64,000 bases of DNA from Candidatus Gottesmanbacteria bacterium (GCA_016186795.1 JACPKY010000001.1:129357-193356); one strand, 5' to 3'. Counted from the first letter of the stretch, positions 1-10,012 are shown. Notes: generated from the sequence alone by a model not told the origin. Numbers and translations are program-made.

Positions 1-80
1 CCGTGAAAAAAATTATCGCTTTTTTTATATATATAGGATATAAAATAAATTTTTCATTTTTCCAATGAACAATTTCACAA

Positions 81-1109
81 TTATCTTCTTGATATACTTC
101 GTTTATACAACTCAATATTTTCAAGCGCGACTCCGGTACCACGAACAACACAAAGAAGCGGTTCCTCAGCTACATGAACGGGAACCCCGGTAAGGTTGAC
201 AATCAGACGATCTAAATTGCGAAGCTGGGATGTCCCTCCAGAGAGAACAATTCCTTTATCAATGATATCCGAAGCAAGTTCTGGTGGCGTATCTTCCAAC
301 ACTGCTTTAATGGCAGAAACAATACTGGTCAGTGGAGCTTGGAGAGCGTTTGCCAATTCTCCTGCATCTATTTCAATCATCCGCGGAAGTCCGGAGAGAG
401 AATCTCTTCCGCGAACTTCCATTTTCTGCGGCCACGTCTCATCCTTCCGAACCGTCGCAGACGGAGGAAGAGCGCTTCCTATATGAATTTTTACTTCTTC
501 TGCCATTCTCTCTCCAATATAAAGGTTGTACTTTTTTTTAATAAATCCTGTAATTGCTTCATCCAGTTTATTTCCAGCAATCCGAACTGAATGATGCACG
601 ACCACACCACCCAACGATATTACTGCAGCTTCAGTTGAACCACCTCCTATATCGACAATCATATTTCCAGACGGTTGAGCGATAGGGATTTTTGCACCAA
701 TTGCCGCAGCCAAGGGCTCTTCGATAAGATAGACAGTTCGGGCCCCAGCTGAAAGTGTTGCATCCATGACTGCCCGTCTTTCAACCTGTGTACACCCAGC
801 CGGTACACAGATCATCACTTCGGGCTTAAAAAACCGTGTTCGACCACAGACTCGATCAATGAAGTATCGAAGCATTGCCTCCGTCACTTCATAATCTGCA
901 ATCACTCCATCTCGAAGAGGACGTGATGCAACAATATTTCCTGGAGTTCGGCCAAGCATTTCTTTGGCTTCATTTCCGACAGCAACAACACGATTATCCT
1001 CGATAGCGACCGCAACAACGGTGGGTTCGTTAAGAACAACGCCTTCTCCGGTAAGATACACGAGTGAATTGGCTGTTCCTAAATCTATACCAAGTCGTTT
1101 GAAAAGCAT
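81..1109 (-). CDS. mreB: Rod shape-determining actin-like ATPase MreB
   Basis: 342 aa. N-terminal phosphate-1 motif LGIDLGTANS, DIGGGSTE phosphate-2 motif, overall MreB/Hsp70-actin fold motifs throughout. Confidence 0.9.
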   Translation of the reverse strand: MLFKRLGIDLGTANSLVYLTGEGVVLNEPTVVAVAIEDNRVVAVGNEAKEMLGRTPGNIVASRPLRDGVIADYEVTEAMLRYFIDRVCGRTRFFKPEVMICVPAGCTQVERRAVMDATLSAGARTVYLIEEPLAAAIGAKIPIAQPSGNMIVDIGGGSTEAAVISLGGVVVHHSVRIAGNKLDEAITGFIKKKYNLYIGERMAEEVKIHIGSALPPSATVRKDETWPQKMEVRGRDSLSGLPRMIEIDAGELANALQAPLTSIVSAIKAVLEDTPPELASDIIDKGIVLSGGTSQLRNLDRLIVNLTGVPVHVAEEPLLCVVRGTGVALENIELYKRSISRR

Positions 1110-1199
1110 ATTCAGTCCTTTTATCTATATCATACTATCTACTTACTATATAATTTAATGAAAATTTACCGTGAGTTTGTGCTTATTCTACCTTTCCCG

Positions 1200-1208
1200 T
1201 GGTATAAT
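1200..1208 (+). promoter_or_regulatory. Extended -10 element TGGTATAAT 12 nt upstream of the in-frame ATG at 1221
   Basis: Sequence tggtataat read directly. Suggests the real start of the downstream gene is 1221 with a very short leader. Confidence 0.35.
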
Positions 1209-1220
1209 TACAATCACTCC

Positions 1221-2444
1221 ATGGTGAAACGGATTCTCTACTCAATCCTCGTTGTAACTGGTCTTTGCCTTGTGACTGCTGGTGTCATTTCCTACGGACG
1301 TGGGTATCGCTTTGACTTCAAACAAAAAACTATCTCTCCAACAGGAATCCTCTCTGTCGCATCATACCCTGAGGGCGCATCAATTCTCGTTGATGGAAAA
1401 TTACTTTCGGCAAGTAACGCCTCTCTGAGTCTGGACCCAAACTGGTATGATGTGAAAGTTGAAAAAACAGGATACCAATCGTGGAACAAAAGAGTCAAAA
1501 TTCAGGGAGAGGTAGTAACCAAAGTCGACGCTCTCTTACTTCCCACGAGTCCGTCACTTCGAGCTTTGACGGTTACCGGTGTCACTTCGCCAACTCTTTC
1601 CCCAAGCACAACACGTCTTGCGTATATCGTCCCTGAAGAAGAATCTACTTCTTCCGCCAACTTGCCTCCCAGACGCGGTGTTTGGATTATGGATCTTCGA
1701 AATAGTGCACTAGGAGGGAATCCTCAACCTCGACAGGTGTACCTCTCACCAGAAGGTTTAGATCTAAGTGGAGGGGAAATTCTCTGGTCACCGGATGAAA
1801 AACAGTTGCTTTTCCTGGTAAAAAAACTTTCCGGGCAAAAAGAAACAGTTATCTCCGCTCTCCAAATTAGTCTCGATGGAGGAAGTATCCCTGTTGAAGT
1901 TGGAAGAATCTATCCGACTATCATTTCCCAATGGGAAACGATGAGGAAAGAACAAGAAGATATCCTTCTTACAGGCATACCGATCACGGTTGCACAGACT
2001 TTAAAAAATGGAGCTTCCACAATCCACTTTTCTCCTGATGAAACCAAGATCTTCTACCAGGCAACGGGATCGGCAACGATTGAGAGAGTAATTGATCCGC
2101 CCCTTATCGGAAGTAATTCAACCGAAGAAACTCGAACTCTTACGCCAAAAAATTACTATATCTACGATGTGAAGGAAGAAAAGAATTTTGCTTTAACTGA
2201 CGGGAAATCATTTCCAAATCCCTCGTCACTTTTTTGGTATACTGATTCAAAACATATCGTAATGATAGAAAAAGATACTATATCTATCATTGACTATGAC
2301 GGCCTGAATAAACGGGCAGTATTTCAAGGATCGTTTGAAAATGGTTATGTCTTCCCGTGGAGTAGCGGAGGGAAGCTTGTTATTTTAACAAGACTTACCA
2401 AATCTAGCCCATTCCCCACTCTGTACGAGATTGATCTTCGCTAA
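1221..2444 (+). CDS. Membrane-anchored PEGA-domain / beta-propeller (TolB-like) protein
   Basis: ORF 1158..2444. Probable start 1221 (MVKRIL, TM helix). PEGA-like segment ASYPEGASILVDGKLL...YDVKVEKTGYQSW. WD/TolB-like repeats downstream. Confidence 0.55.
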   Translation: MVKRILYSILVVTGLCLVTAGVISYGRGYRFDFKQKTISPTGILSVASYPEGASILVDGKLLSASNASLSLDPNWYDVKVEKTGYQSWNKRVKIQGEVVTKVDALLLPTSPSLRALTVTGVTSPTLSPSTTRLAYIVPEEESTSSANLPPRRGVWIMDLRNSALGGNPQPRQVYLSPEGLDLSGGEILWSPDEKQLLFLVKKLSGQKETVISALQISLDGGSIPVEVGRIYPTIISQWETMRKEQEDILLTGIPITVAQTLKNGASTIHFSPDETKIFYQATGSATIERVIDPPLIGSNSTEETRTLTPKNYYIYDVKEEKNFALTDGKSFPNPSSLFWYTDSKHIVMIEKDTISIIDYDGLNKRAVFQGSFENGYVFPWSSGGKLVILTRLTKSSPFPTLYEIDLR

Positions 2445-2451
2445 TTGGAAT

Positions 2452-3216
2452 CTATTTCAATACGTCCCCTTCCGGACGAGCAAAAACGATAAGCCGCTTA
2501 AGTGTCGTCCCGGGTGGCCAACACGTTTGCAGCGTTAATTGCTCATGAGTCGTTGGAACGGTTAAATAGTGGACTTCGGAGGGATCAACAATCAGTTTAT
2601 TGACTACCCGATAGATGTGTCTGTTTCCTTTATAAAACACATCGACTTCATCGCCGTTTTCCAGTTCTTTCAGGAGATAAAAAATAGCATTGTATCTTCC
2701 CACATTCCAAAATGCATCGGTTGAGTGGGCGAAAAGATAGATGTTTCCTGATATTCCCGGAAATACAGTACCTGCGGCGTGGGCAACGCCCTTTTCCAAT
2801 GTGGAAAGGTATTCATCGGGATTCCCAGCATCAACATTTGGGAAAATCGGAGCGTTTGCGCCAATTTTGGGTATGATGATACCAAACTGCGCAGAGACTG
2901 GTGACAGAACCTCGGTTTTATTCCCACCGGTAATATTTCCAAAAAATGTTGGTTTTCCAGAAGGGGTTGGAGTCACAAGAGATTCAAGGGAAGGTGAAGG
3001 CGTAATTTCTGTAACTGGAACTGTTTGGGTTGGATACTCAACAACATAACGAACATTTCTTGCAAGATTGATGCGGTAGAGAAATTCCAGATAGAAAGCC
3101 GGACCAAAGGTCATTGCCATGCCCCAGAGGGAAAAAAGGAGAAAGAAATTCCCAAGGGTTCGCAGGATAAGAAACTGGATTTGGTGACGGCTAAGTTTCA
3201 TAGGAACTTCTTCCAA
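2452..3216 (-). CDS. Sortase (transpeptidase) family protein
   Basis: N-terminal TM. Catalytic His (IYLFAHS) and TLxTC motif (QLTLQTCWP). Conserved Arg downstream. Confidence 0.75.
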   Translation of the reverse strand: MEEVPMKLSRHQIQFLILRTLGNFFLLFSLWGMAMTFGPAFYLEFLYRINLARNVRYVVEYPTQTVPVTEITPSPSLESLVTPTPSGKPTFFGNITGGNKTEVLSPVSAQFGIIIPKIGANAPIFPNVDAGNPDEYLSTLEKGVAHAAGTVFPGISGNIYLFAHSTDAFWNVGRYNAIFYLLKELENGDEVDVFYKGNRHIYRVVNKLIVDPSEVHYLTVPTTHEQLTLQTCWPPGTTLKRLIVFARPEGDVLK

Positions 3217-3225
3217 AATAACGTG

Positions 3226-3299
3226 CGCCCCTACCCAGACTCGGACTGGGAATCGCCCCGTTAGGACCGGGGTGCTCTATCCAATTAAGCTATAGGGGC
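3226..3299 (-). tRNA. tRNA-Arg (anticodon CCU)
   Basis: Reverse complement folds as cloverleaf: acceptor GCCCCTA/TAGGGGC, D-arm GCTT..GAGC, anticodon stem CCCCG/CGGGG with loop GUCCUAA, T-arm CCCAG/CTGGG. CCA not encoded. Confidence 0.85.
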
Positions 3300-3355
3300 A
3301 AATAACTTCAATTTGATTGTATTTTACCACTTACGAAGGTACAATAGGAAGAAAT

Positions 3356-3432
3356 CGGGGTGTAGCGCAGTTGGCTAGCGCGCATCGTTCGGGACGATGA
3401 GGCCGGCGGTTCAAGTCCGCCCACCCCGACCA
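3356..3432 (+). tRNA. tRNA-Pro (anticodon CGG), CCA encoded
   Basis: Acceptor CGGGGTG/CACCCCG, D-arm GCGC/GCGC, anticodon stem CATCG/CGATG with loop UUCGGGA, T-arm GGCGG-TTCAAGT-CCGCC, 3' ACCA. Confidence 0.85.
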
Positions 3433-3465
3433 ATCAAAACTTAACGATTTTTCAGGACGAGAGGA

Positions 3466-3500
3466 TTGCCCGCCCTCGCTTTCCGCCGCCGCCGAATTTC
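3466..3500. repeat. Left terminal inverted repeat (35 bp, perfect)
   Basis: ttgcccgccctcgctttccgccgccgccgaatttc is the exact reverse complement of 4910..4944. Confidence 0.9.
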
Positions 3501-3692
3501 ATATTTCGCTTTGCGAAATACACCGCAGAAAAAAGAGGAGTTGTGTTTGCCCCTCCCGCCCATGCGCACACAACAAGATTTTTGCTCCCTTTGGCCCACT
3601 AGAACGGGGTATGCGGAACCCATCTCTGCTAACAGTTCAAAAAATGGCTAAAGCTATTGGAATAAGTCCAAAAGATTTAATAGAATAAAACT

Positions 3693-4877
3693 ATGGACAA
3701 CTTTGAAAAACCATCAATAAATCCCGCGGAGCTTCAACCACAGCCAGAAGCTCAACAAGAAAAACCTCGCAAGGATGTTGAAGAAGTAAAAGAAGCGCAA
3801 AACTTTTTTCGTTCTCTTGGGCTCGCCGTGGAAAATGACGGTCTTATTACAAAAGAGCCGACCGAAGAGCAGCTAGAAAAGTTGCGCGAATGGCACGACC
3901 AAACAGGTGATGGTGGAATTGATATGCCAACGGGAAAAGCATTTTACGAAAAAGTTTTGCTCGCTATTTCTCTGTGGCGACAGCAGGAGGGCGAAAAAAC
4001 AAACTACCTTCTTGGAAAAGGCACAGGTGTTGAAGTTGCATTGCGGGGAAATATTGCGAGCAGGACAAAACGTCCTATTGAATTTTCTTATAGATCACAC
4101 AGCGATTTTGAATTATATGGTGTTGATTATGAAGCGGGAGAAAACGGCTCAAATTTAGGTGGTAAACCCGTATATATGGAATCGTTCGTAAGGGTTTTTG
4201 GGAATCAAGAATATTTTCCCGTTACTAAAACAAAGGGATTAAAAAATATCCCACCAACACTTTTACACGAAACGGCAGAGATTGTTGATTTCGGCGGCGT
4301 GTCCGCTCGTGTGCCACAACTAGAGCTTCTATTTTTGGATAAGTATATGTCTAGAGAAAGCACGCCTCGACCAGAAGGACATGATGCCGAATTACTTGCT
4401 AGGCAATATGTTCTAGACCGCGCAAAAACTCATCAATACTTAGACCAGCTCGTTATTGAACCGGCAGTCGCACAAATTCAGGCGCAGACTCAGAAAGATT
4501 ATCAGGGACAGTTGGATAGTATAAAAAGAAATATTACATTTACGCGACGAGAATTTGAAGAAGAAGGAATTGATCCCTCGCCGCAAGATTTAATTACGAG
4601 AATAAATGAGCCAATACAATCAATGCTTGATATTCACGGCACAGACACACGAGTTTCATATTCCGGTATTCGCCTGAATTTGTGGCAAGCACTTACACTA
4701 GAGCAAATTGATGCGGAAGGAAATGTTGTTGACCAAGAGTTTTTGCAAAAATTAGAAACGAGAGTAAAAGAAATGGAAATTGCCGCAATTGAAAGATATA
4801 AGAACAAACATCAAGAGTTGGATAAGCTCTTTGATGATATTGATAATGAGTTTGTGGAAGGAGAAAAGGCAGGATAA
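3693..4877 (+). CDS. Hypothetical protein (394 aa), sole cargo of the IR-bounded element
   Basis: Long clean ORF. Acidic, no TM or signal peptide. I recognise no catalytic motif. Confidence 0.6.
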   Translation: MDNFEKPSINPAELQPQPEAQQEKPRKDVEEVKEAQNFFRSLGLAVENDGLITKEPTEEQLEKLREWHDQTGDGGIDMPTGKAFYEKVLLAISLWRQQEGEKTNYLLGKGTGVEVALRGNIASRTKRPIEFSYRSHSDFELYGVDYEAGENGSNLGGKPVYMESFVRVFGNQEYFPVTKTKGLKNIPPTLLHETAEIVDFGGVSARVPQLELLFLDKYMSRESTPRPEGHDAELLARQYVLDRAKTHQYLDQLVIEPAVAQIQAQTQKDYQGQLDSIKRNITFTRREFEEEGIDPSPQDLITRINEPIQSMLDIHGTDTRVSYSGIRLNLWQALTLEQIDAEGNVVDQEFLQKLETRVKEMEIAAIERYKNKHQELDKLFDDIDNEFVEGEKAG

Positions 4878-4909
4878 AATTCAATGCGGCGCACCAGTTT
4901 TACTGGCAC

Positions 4910-4944
4910 GAAATTCGGCGGCGGCGGAAAGCGAGGGCGGGCAA
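4910..4944. repeat. Right terminal inverted repeat (35 bp, perfect)
   Basis: gaaattcggcggcggcggaaagcgagggcgggcaa is the reverse complement of 3466..3500. Confidence 0.9.
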
Positions 4945-5092
4945 AAATTCATTCCCCCCAACCCCCTTTCTTTTTGCCCGCCCGAGCGTCAGGTTTCGTT
5001 CCTGCCGCGCGAAGCGCGGCAATCCGTCGGGATTTTGTTCAAAAAAGGTTCGAGCGGCGTTCAGTAATTGCGACTGATCGATAGTTCATCCT

Positions 5093-5662
5093 ATGAAACT
5101 CATCCTTGCGTCTGCATCAGAGGGAAGGAAAAAACTCCTTTCTCTTTTTAAAATCCCTTTTAAAGCCATTCCCTCTATCATCAATGAAGAGGAAATTATG
5201 GGGAAAACCCCTCTTGAAACACTTCAACTTCGAGCAAAGAAAAAAGGAGAAGATATTGCAAAGAGAATTGATTCTACATCGTATTTGATTCTTTCCGCAG
5301 ACTCTGGAGCAATTGTAGGAAATGAGCTTATTGGAAAGCCAAAAAATCATGACGATGCCAAAAGAATATTGCAAAAACTTTCTGGAACCACCCATGAATT
5401 TATTACAGCTATCTATGCTGTTACACGAGATAAAGCGTGGGAAACCTATGAGAAAACGTTTGTGACATTCCGAAAGCTATCTGATAATGATATCAGACAC
5501 TATCTTTCGATAACAGACTATACACAATACGCAGGTGGATACGCTTTATTTGCTTCTCCACAGGATTTTGTCATCAAAACTGAGGGGTCTCTTTCCAATG
5601 TTATTGGACTCCCTTTAGAAAAGATTGTCCCGATCTTGAAAGAAAACAAATTAGTGCAGTAG
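5093..5662 (+). CDS. maf: Maf-like nucleoside triphosphate pyrophosphatase / septum formation protein
   Basis: LILASASEGRKKLL N-terminus. 189 aa typical of the Maf family. Confidence 0.8.
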   Translation: MKLILASASEGRKKLLSLFKIPFKAIPSIINEEEIMGKTPLETLQLRAKKKGEDIAKRIDSTSYLILSADSGAIVGNELIGKPKNHDDAKRILQKLSGTTHEFITAIYAVTRDKAWETYEKTFVTFRKLSDNDIRHYLSITDYTQYAGGYALFASPQDFVIKTEGSLSNVIGLPLEKIVPILKENKLVQ

Positions 5663-5669
5663 AGATTTA

Positions 5670-6527
5670 TCAAGTAAGACTAATTAAAACAACCCCTACT
5701 AGACTACTTGTAATTCCAATTTTTTGCTGCGGATTTAACCGTTCATGGAACACAAACCTTGAAAGAACAACAAAAAGAACTGGAAATGCCCCTGCAATAG
5801 GAGCAACTGTTGATGTATATCCAGAAAGAATCCCAATATTGTAGGCAAAATCTGCCATGGTAACCAGAAGAGTGTACAGAACAATCACTGTAACTATCGA
5901 ACTGGCACGGAAAACTTTAAAGATATTTTTCCTGACTCTTTTAAATATAGGAAGAATTAGGGCAATAAGATAAATCGGGTATAGTGACCAAAACCAGCCG
6001 ATTGTCTCAACCGGAATTCTTATAAGAGACAAGCTAATCCCCCATCCCAACATTCCGCCAATGGCATAGGGAACTCCGGAATTACTGATTGCTCCTTTTA
6101 GACCTTTTTCCTTAAGAAGAGATATATCCAATGAGGAAAGCACAATACCAGAAACGACAAGAAAGATCGCTACAAGTTGGAGAAGTGAAGGCGTCTCTCC
6201 AAAAAAGAAGATCGACATAAGCACTGCTACCACTGGAAATCCTCCGCCGGAAATCGTTCCTACAATTGAGGCATTCCCAACCTCAAGTGCCCGGAAATAG
6301 GAAATATTTCCAAGACTATGAATAATATTGATAAGAAATGCCACGATAAACATACCTATTTCAGGAAATTCTCCTGCAAAAGGAATATAGAGAGTTGTTA
6401 ATATCAGGGCCAATAGAAATCCCCAAAAGTAGGCATGGACATTCCCAATCTTTCTCGATGCAATTGTTACGAAAATATCCCCTGTCCCCCACCCGATAAG
6501 GGCAAGAAAAGCAAAAAGAGTTGCCAT
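5670..6527 (-). CDS. EamA/DMT-family transporter (10 TM)
   Basis: 285 aa polytopic membrane protein with duplicated 5-TM halves. Confidence 0.7.
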   Translation of the reverse strand: MATLFAFLALIGWGTGDIFVTIASRKIGNVHAYFWGFLLALILTTLYIPFAGEFPEIGMFIVAFLINIIHSLGNISYFRALEVGNASIVGTISGGGFPVVAVLMSIFFFGETPSLLQLVAIFLVVSGIVLSSLDISLLKEKGLKGAISNSGVPYAIGGMLGWGISLSLIRIPVETIGWFWSLYPIYLIALILPIFKRVRKNIFKVFRASSIVTVIVLYTLLVTMADFAYNIGILSGYTSTVAPIAGAFPVLFVVLSRFVFHERLNPQQKIGITSSLVGVVLISLT

Positions 6528-6574
6528 ACTTTTGCTATTGTAACAGTAATAATTAAGAAGTATATAATAACCAT

Positions 6575-8308
6575 ATGATGAACCGCTCCTATCTTACTCA
6601 ACTTTCTCTTCACCAAAAAAATCCTCAAAAGTGGATTTCCTGGGGAAAAAAGCTTCTGAAACAAGGCAAAAATCCATTTGAAATTTTCTATACTCCTGGT
6701 ATTGGTGAGATCATCCTTCTTGGGAAAAAGAAAAGAGAGAAACTTGATCTTCCACCAGCCCTCCAACCTCTCTCTCTTGAGCCAAGACTTTCCACCCTTT
6801 ATAGGGAAAACAAAAATCTCTTTCGCAAGAAACTTTTTACACTTCTAGAGGAAAAAGTTTCTCAAATAGAAAATCTTCGCGGAGTCAACCGAAGGCCCAC
6901 GCAAGGCAAGAATCTCTTATCAGGATGGGGTGCTGTTGTTACAAATAAAAAACGGGTATTAGGTTTTGGCGAAGTTCCAGATGGTGGTGAGTGGATAACA
7001 CGGGGTAAGTGCGACTGTTACGAAATGGCAACTGAGGGAAAAATCTGGAAAATGCTAGCCCTTGCAATTGATGTATCCGAAATTACAGACTCGAGGCAAC
7101 ATGACCAGTATGTTTTTGCTATTCTCAAAATACTCCAAAGTACTAGAATTTCTCTTATCCAGTTTGAGGATTTCGATGGGATTTCTGCTTTTCGAATTCT
7201 GAAAAAAGCACGGAAAATTCTCCATGTACCTCTTTTTAATGATGATATTGAAGGAACTGCCTGGATTTTGTGGATGGCAAAGCTTGCTGCCAAGGGAAGA
7301 AGTATCATTACAAGTTCAAAGTTTAAAGTGCAAAGTTCAAAATTAAACCTCAAAGCCCACGACATAAGAAAAATTAAGTTCCTGCTTCGTAGTGAATCAG
7401 TTCATGCTAGAAAAGAAGGAACTTTGCTTTTTCGAGATTCACTCTTTTTTTTCCATGGAGGTGGAGCGGCGGCAATTGGTGGAGGGATCTTTTTCAAAAA
7501 AATGCTTCTGAAGATGTATCTCCACAGTGGAATATCAAAGGTTCAAGCCATTCGGTTAATTAATAGACAAATTATTCTTACCGATAGTCATGGACTTTTG
7601 TATAAAGGAAGGACATCAAAAATAAAAGAAGGCCAAAAGCAAGAGTTCAAACCGTTCCAAAAGGATCTTCTTTTGAGAGAAAAACGGATTCTAGAGAGAT
7701 TAAATGCGCGTGGCCAAATAATTTCCTTGGAGAAATGTATCGATTTTTATGGCCAACACTTTCTTGGTAGAAATGGAACAATATTTCTTATTGGCCTGAC
7801 GGGACATCCTGGACAATTTAATGAAAAAGTTATTCGTACGGCAAGAACCGTTGTTAACATGCATAATCCTCACTCTGACATTTTTATTGACAGCGGATCA
7901 AATCCCACATACTTAACTGAAATTCTTACAAAAAAAGAGTCCCACCTCTTTCAAAAATCATCGCCAGATGAGCAAAGAAAAATTTTGGCTCAAGCCGTCC
8001 TAAGAGTGAAAAAAGCAGCCAATTCACTGGTAGTTTTAACAACTGGGAGCCCGTTTCATGTTCCTAATTTCCCTATTGGACAACTGAATAATCTCTTTGG
8101 GTTCCCGGCAGCGGGACTTGCGGTACTTACAAGAAAGGCACATGCCATTACCGATGAACTCGGGGAATCTGTCGCCCAGGCAAATGTAGAATTTCTAATC
8201 AACCATTATCCTAAAGCATTAAAAGATGGAATGCTCTGCCCACCAATTGAAAGTATTTTTGAAATGACAAAGAATGCTATCAATACTCGTGGATCTCAGA
8301 GGGATTAA
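6575..8308 (+). CDS. Malic enzyme family protein (divergent, with insertions)
   Basis: YTPGIGE, FNDDIEGTA and GGGAAAIGGG Rossmann motifs align with YtsJ/MaeB-type malic enzymes. Long Lys-rich insertions. Confidence 0.65.
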   Translation: MMNRSYLTQLSLHQKNPQKWISWGKKLLKQGKNPFEIFYTPGIGEIILLGKKKREKLDLPPALQPLSLEPRLSTLYRENKNLFRKKLFTLLEEKVSQIENLRGVNRRPTQGKNLLSGWGAVVTNKKRVLGFGEVPDGGEWITRGKCDCYEMATEGKIWKMLALAIDVSEITDSRQHDQYVFAILKILQSTRISLIQFEDFDGISAFRILKKARKILHVPLFNDDIEGTAWILWMAKLAAKGRSIITSSKFKVQSSKLNLKAHDIRKIKFLLRSESVHARKEGTLLFRDSLFFFHGGGAAAIGGGIFFKKMLLKMYLHSGISKVQAIRLINRQIILTDSHGLLYKGRTSKIKEGQKQEFKPFQKDLLLREKRILERLNARGQIISLEKCIDFYGQHFLGRNGTIFLIGLTGHPGQFNEKVIRTARTVVNMHNPHSDIFIDSGSNPTYLTEILTKKESHLFQKSSPDEQRKILAQAVLRVKKAANSLVVLTTGSPFHVPNFPIGQLNNLFGFPAAGLAVLTRKAHAITDELGESVAQANVEFLINHYPKALKDGMLCPPIESIFEMTKNAINTRGSQRD

Positions 8309-8699
8309 ACATAAGATCTGTTTCTCGTCCGGCAGCTTCACTATTTTCGGAAGCATGGATGGCGTTTGCTTGAATATCTGTTCCAAAATCCCCCCTGATT
8401 GTTCCTTTTGATGCCTTTCGACTATCTGTTGGACCACAGATTTCCCGGACTTTGGCAATAATATTGTCTCCTTGCCAGAGCATGGCAAAAATAGGAGTTG
8501 AGGTCATGTATGCTTTGATTGAAGGAAAGTATGGTTTATTTCTGTGATGCTCATACCATTTGGCAACAATATCATCGGGGAGTCGTAGAAATTTTGCTGC
8601 GACAATGCGAAATCCCTGTTTTTCAAGTCTCGTTATTATTTCTCCAACTACTGAACCCAGCACTGCATCTGGTTTAATAAGAATAACTGTGCGTTCCAT
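8280..8699 (-). CDS. ndk: Nucleoside diphosphate kinase
   Basis: MERTVILIKPD, NIIHASE-like active-site His region (NAIHASEN). 139 aa. Confidence 0.9.
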   Translation of the reverse strand: MERTVILIKPDAVLGSVVGEIITRLEKQGFRIVAAKFLRLPDDIVAKWYEHHRNKPYFPSIKAYMTSTPIFAMLWQGDNIIAKVREICGPTDSRKASKGTIRGDFGTDIQANAIHASENSEAAGRETDLMFNPSEIHEY

Positions 8700-10012
8700 T
8701 ATTCAAACTTTAATAATTTTCTAAACCGTTCCTCTTCTTTATACGGTCCAATAACGGCTAAATTCAGTGTATCATGTTTGAAAATATCATTGGCAACCCT
8801 CGTTACATCGGAAAGAGTAACACTATCGATCTCTTTCATAATATCCTGGGGAGTCTTTATATCTTCTTCCAAAAGTTCCTCTGAAGAAAATAATGCTGCC
8901 ACATTTCTGCTATCCTCAAGTTCCAAAACAAATCGTCCTTTGAGATATTCTTTTGCCTTGACCAATTCCTCATTGGTAATACTATTAAGTCTGACTTTGG
9001 CAAATTCCTCAAGCATTACTTTTATCGCATCGTCAATCCGTGCAACATCAACTCCTGCTTGGGTGACAAAATTACCAACATCAACGTACTGCTCGTTGGA
9101 TGAACGTACATAGTATGCCAGTCCTCTTCGCTCTCGAACTTCAATAAAAAGTCGAGATGACATCCCGCCTCCAAGTATTGCAGTTAGCACTCCAAGTTTG
9201 TATCTGCTAGGGTGTGTCAAATAGTATGACCGAAAGCCCAAACACAAATGTGCTTGTTGTGTATCCTTATATTTAACTAGTACTTGTGGTTCATCTTGCT
9301 TATCAGTAACTTTTTCCGGCTGTTGAACTTTTTTCGTTTTCCATCGACCTAAAAACTGTTCTACAAGTTCAAGAATTTTTTCCTGACTCCATTTGGTTCC
9401 AGCCCCAACACCACCAGCAATAGCAACAATGGTATTGGCAGGGCCATAGAATCGATCAATATATTGTATGAAATCTTCTCTTTTGACACTTTTGATTACC
9501 TCTTTTCGACCAGAGATATCTCTTCCAAGCTTGGTATCCCCATAGAGAAGATTTTCATAAAGGTCACCTACCTTGCGCATTGGAGTATCCTCGTACATGT
9601 TGATTTCTTCAATAATGACTCCCCTCTCTTTCTCGATTTCGTTCGCGTCAAATTTCGAGTGGAGAAGCATATCAGAGAGAACGTCAAGCTGGAGAGGAAG
9701 GTGCTGGCTGGCAGCTTTAATGTAATAGCCTGTATGGTCTTTGGAGGTAAAAGCGTTGAATTCTCCGCCAATACCATCAATTAGTGATGAAATAGCAAGA
9801 GCAGATGGCCGATTCTGTGTGCCTTTAAAGGCCATGTGTTCCAGGAAATGGGAGATGCCGTTGATATTTTTCTCTTCATACCGAGATCCTGCCCCCACCA
9901 TGAGAAGAACAGTAACCGAAGCAACGCCTGGTACAGGAATCGTTACTAGCCTGAGATTATTGGGTAAAGTCTGCTTGTTGTACTGCATACAAACGCTGAA
10001 GAATCCTATCAT
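8699..10012 (-). CDS. M16-family zinc peptidase (insulinase-like)
   Basis: HFLEHMAFKGT inverted zinc-binding HxxEH motif. Typical ~430 aa. Start possibly at MQYNK (9988). Confidence 0.85.
   Translation of the reverse strand: MIGFFSVCMQYNKQTLPNNLRLVTIPVPGVASVTVLLMVGAGSRYEEKNINGISHFLEHMAFKGTQNRPSALAISSLIDGIGGEFNAFTSKDHTGYYIKAASQHLPLQLDVLSDMLLHSKFDANEIEKERGVIIEEINMYEDTPMRKVGDLYENLLYGDTKLGRDISGRKEVIKSVKREDFIQYIDRFYGPANTIVAIAGGVGAGTKWSQEKILELVEQFLGRWKTKKVQQPEKVTDKQDEPQVLVKYKDTQQAHLCLGFRSYYLTHPSRYKLGVLTAILGGGMSSRLFIEVRERRGLAYYVRSSNEQYVDVGNFVTQAGVDVARIDDAIKVMLEEFAKVRLNSITNEELVKAKEYLKGRFVLELEDSRNVAALFSSEELLEEDIKTPQDIMKEIDSVTLSDVTRVANDIFKHDTLNLAVIGPYKEEERFRKLLKFE

Larger units (their letters stand above)
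3466..4944 (+). mobile_element. Candidate IS-like / transposon-like insertion bounded by 35-bp TIRs, 34 bp downstream of tRNA-Pro
   Basis: IR-ORF-IR architecture with 192-bp 5' spacer and 32-bp 3' spacer. Interior GC is higher than the flanks. No target-site duplication seen. The ORF is not a recognisable transposase. Confidence 0.4.

Noticed and set aside
3441-3651. Small ORFs 3441..3623(-), 3466..3651(+) and 4884..5084(+)
   Set aside because: Lie within the GC-rich terminal repeats/leaders of the IR-bounded element. Arg-rich artefacts.
8219-8488. 89-aa minus-strand ORF
   Set aside because: Out-of-frame overlap with ndk.
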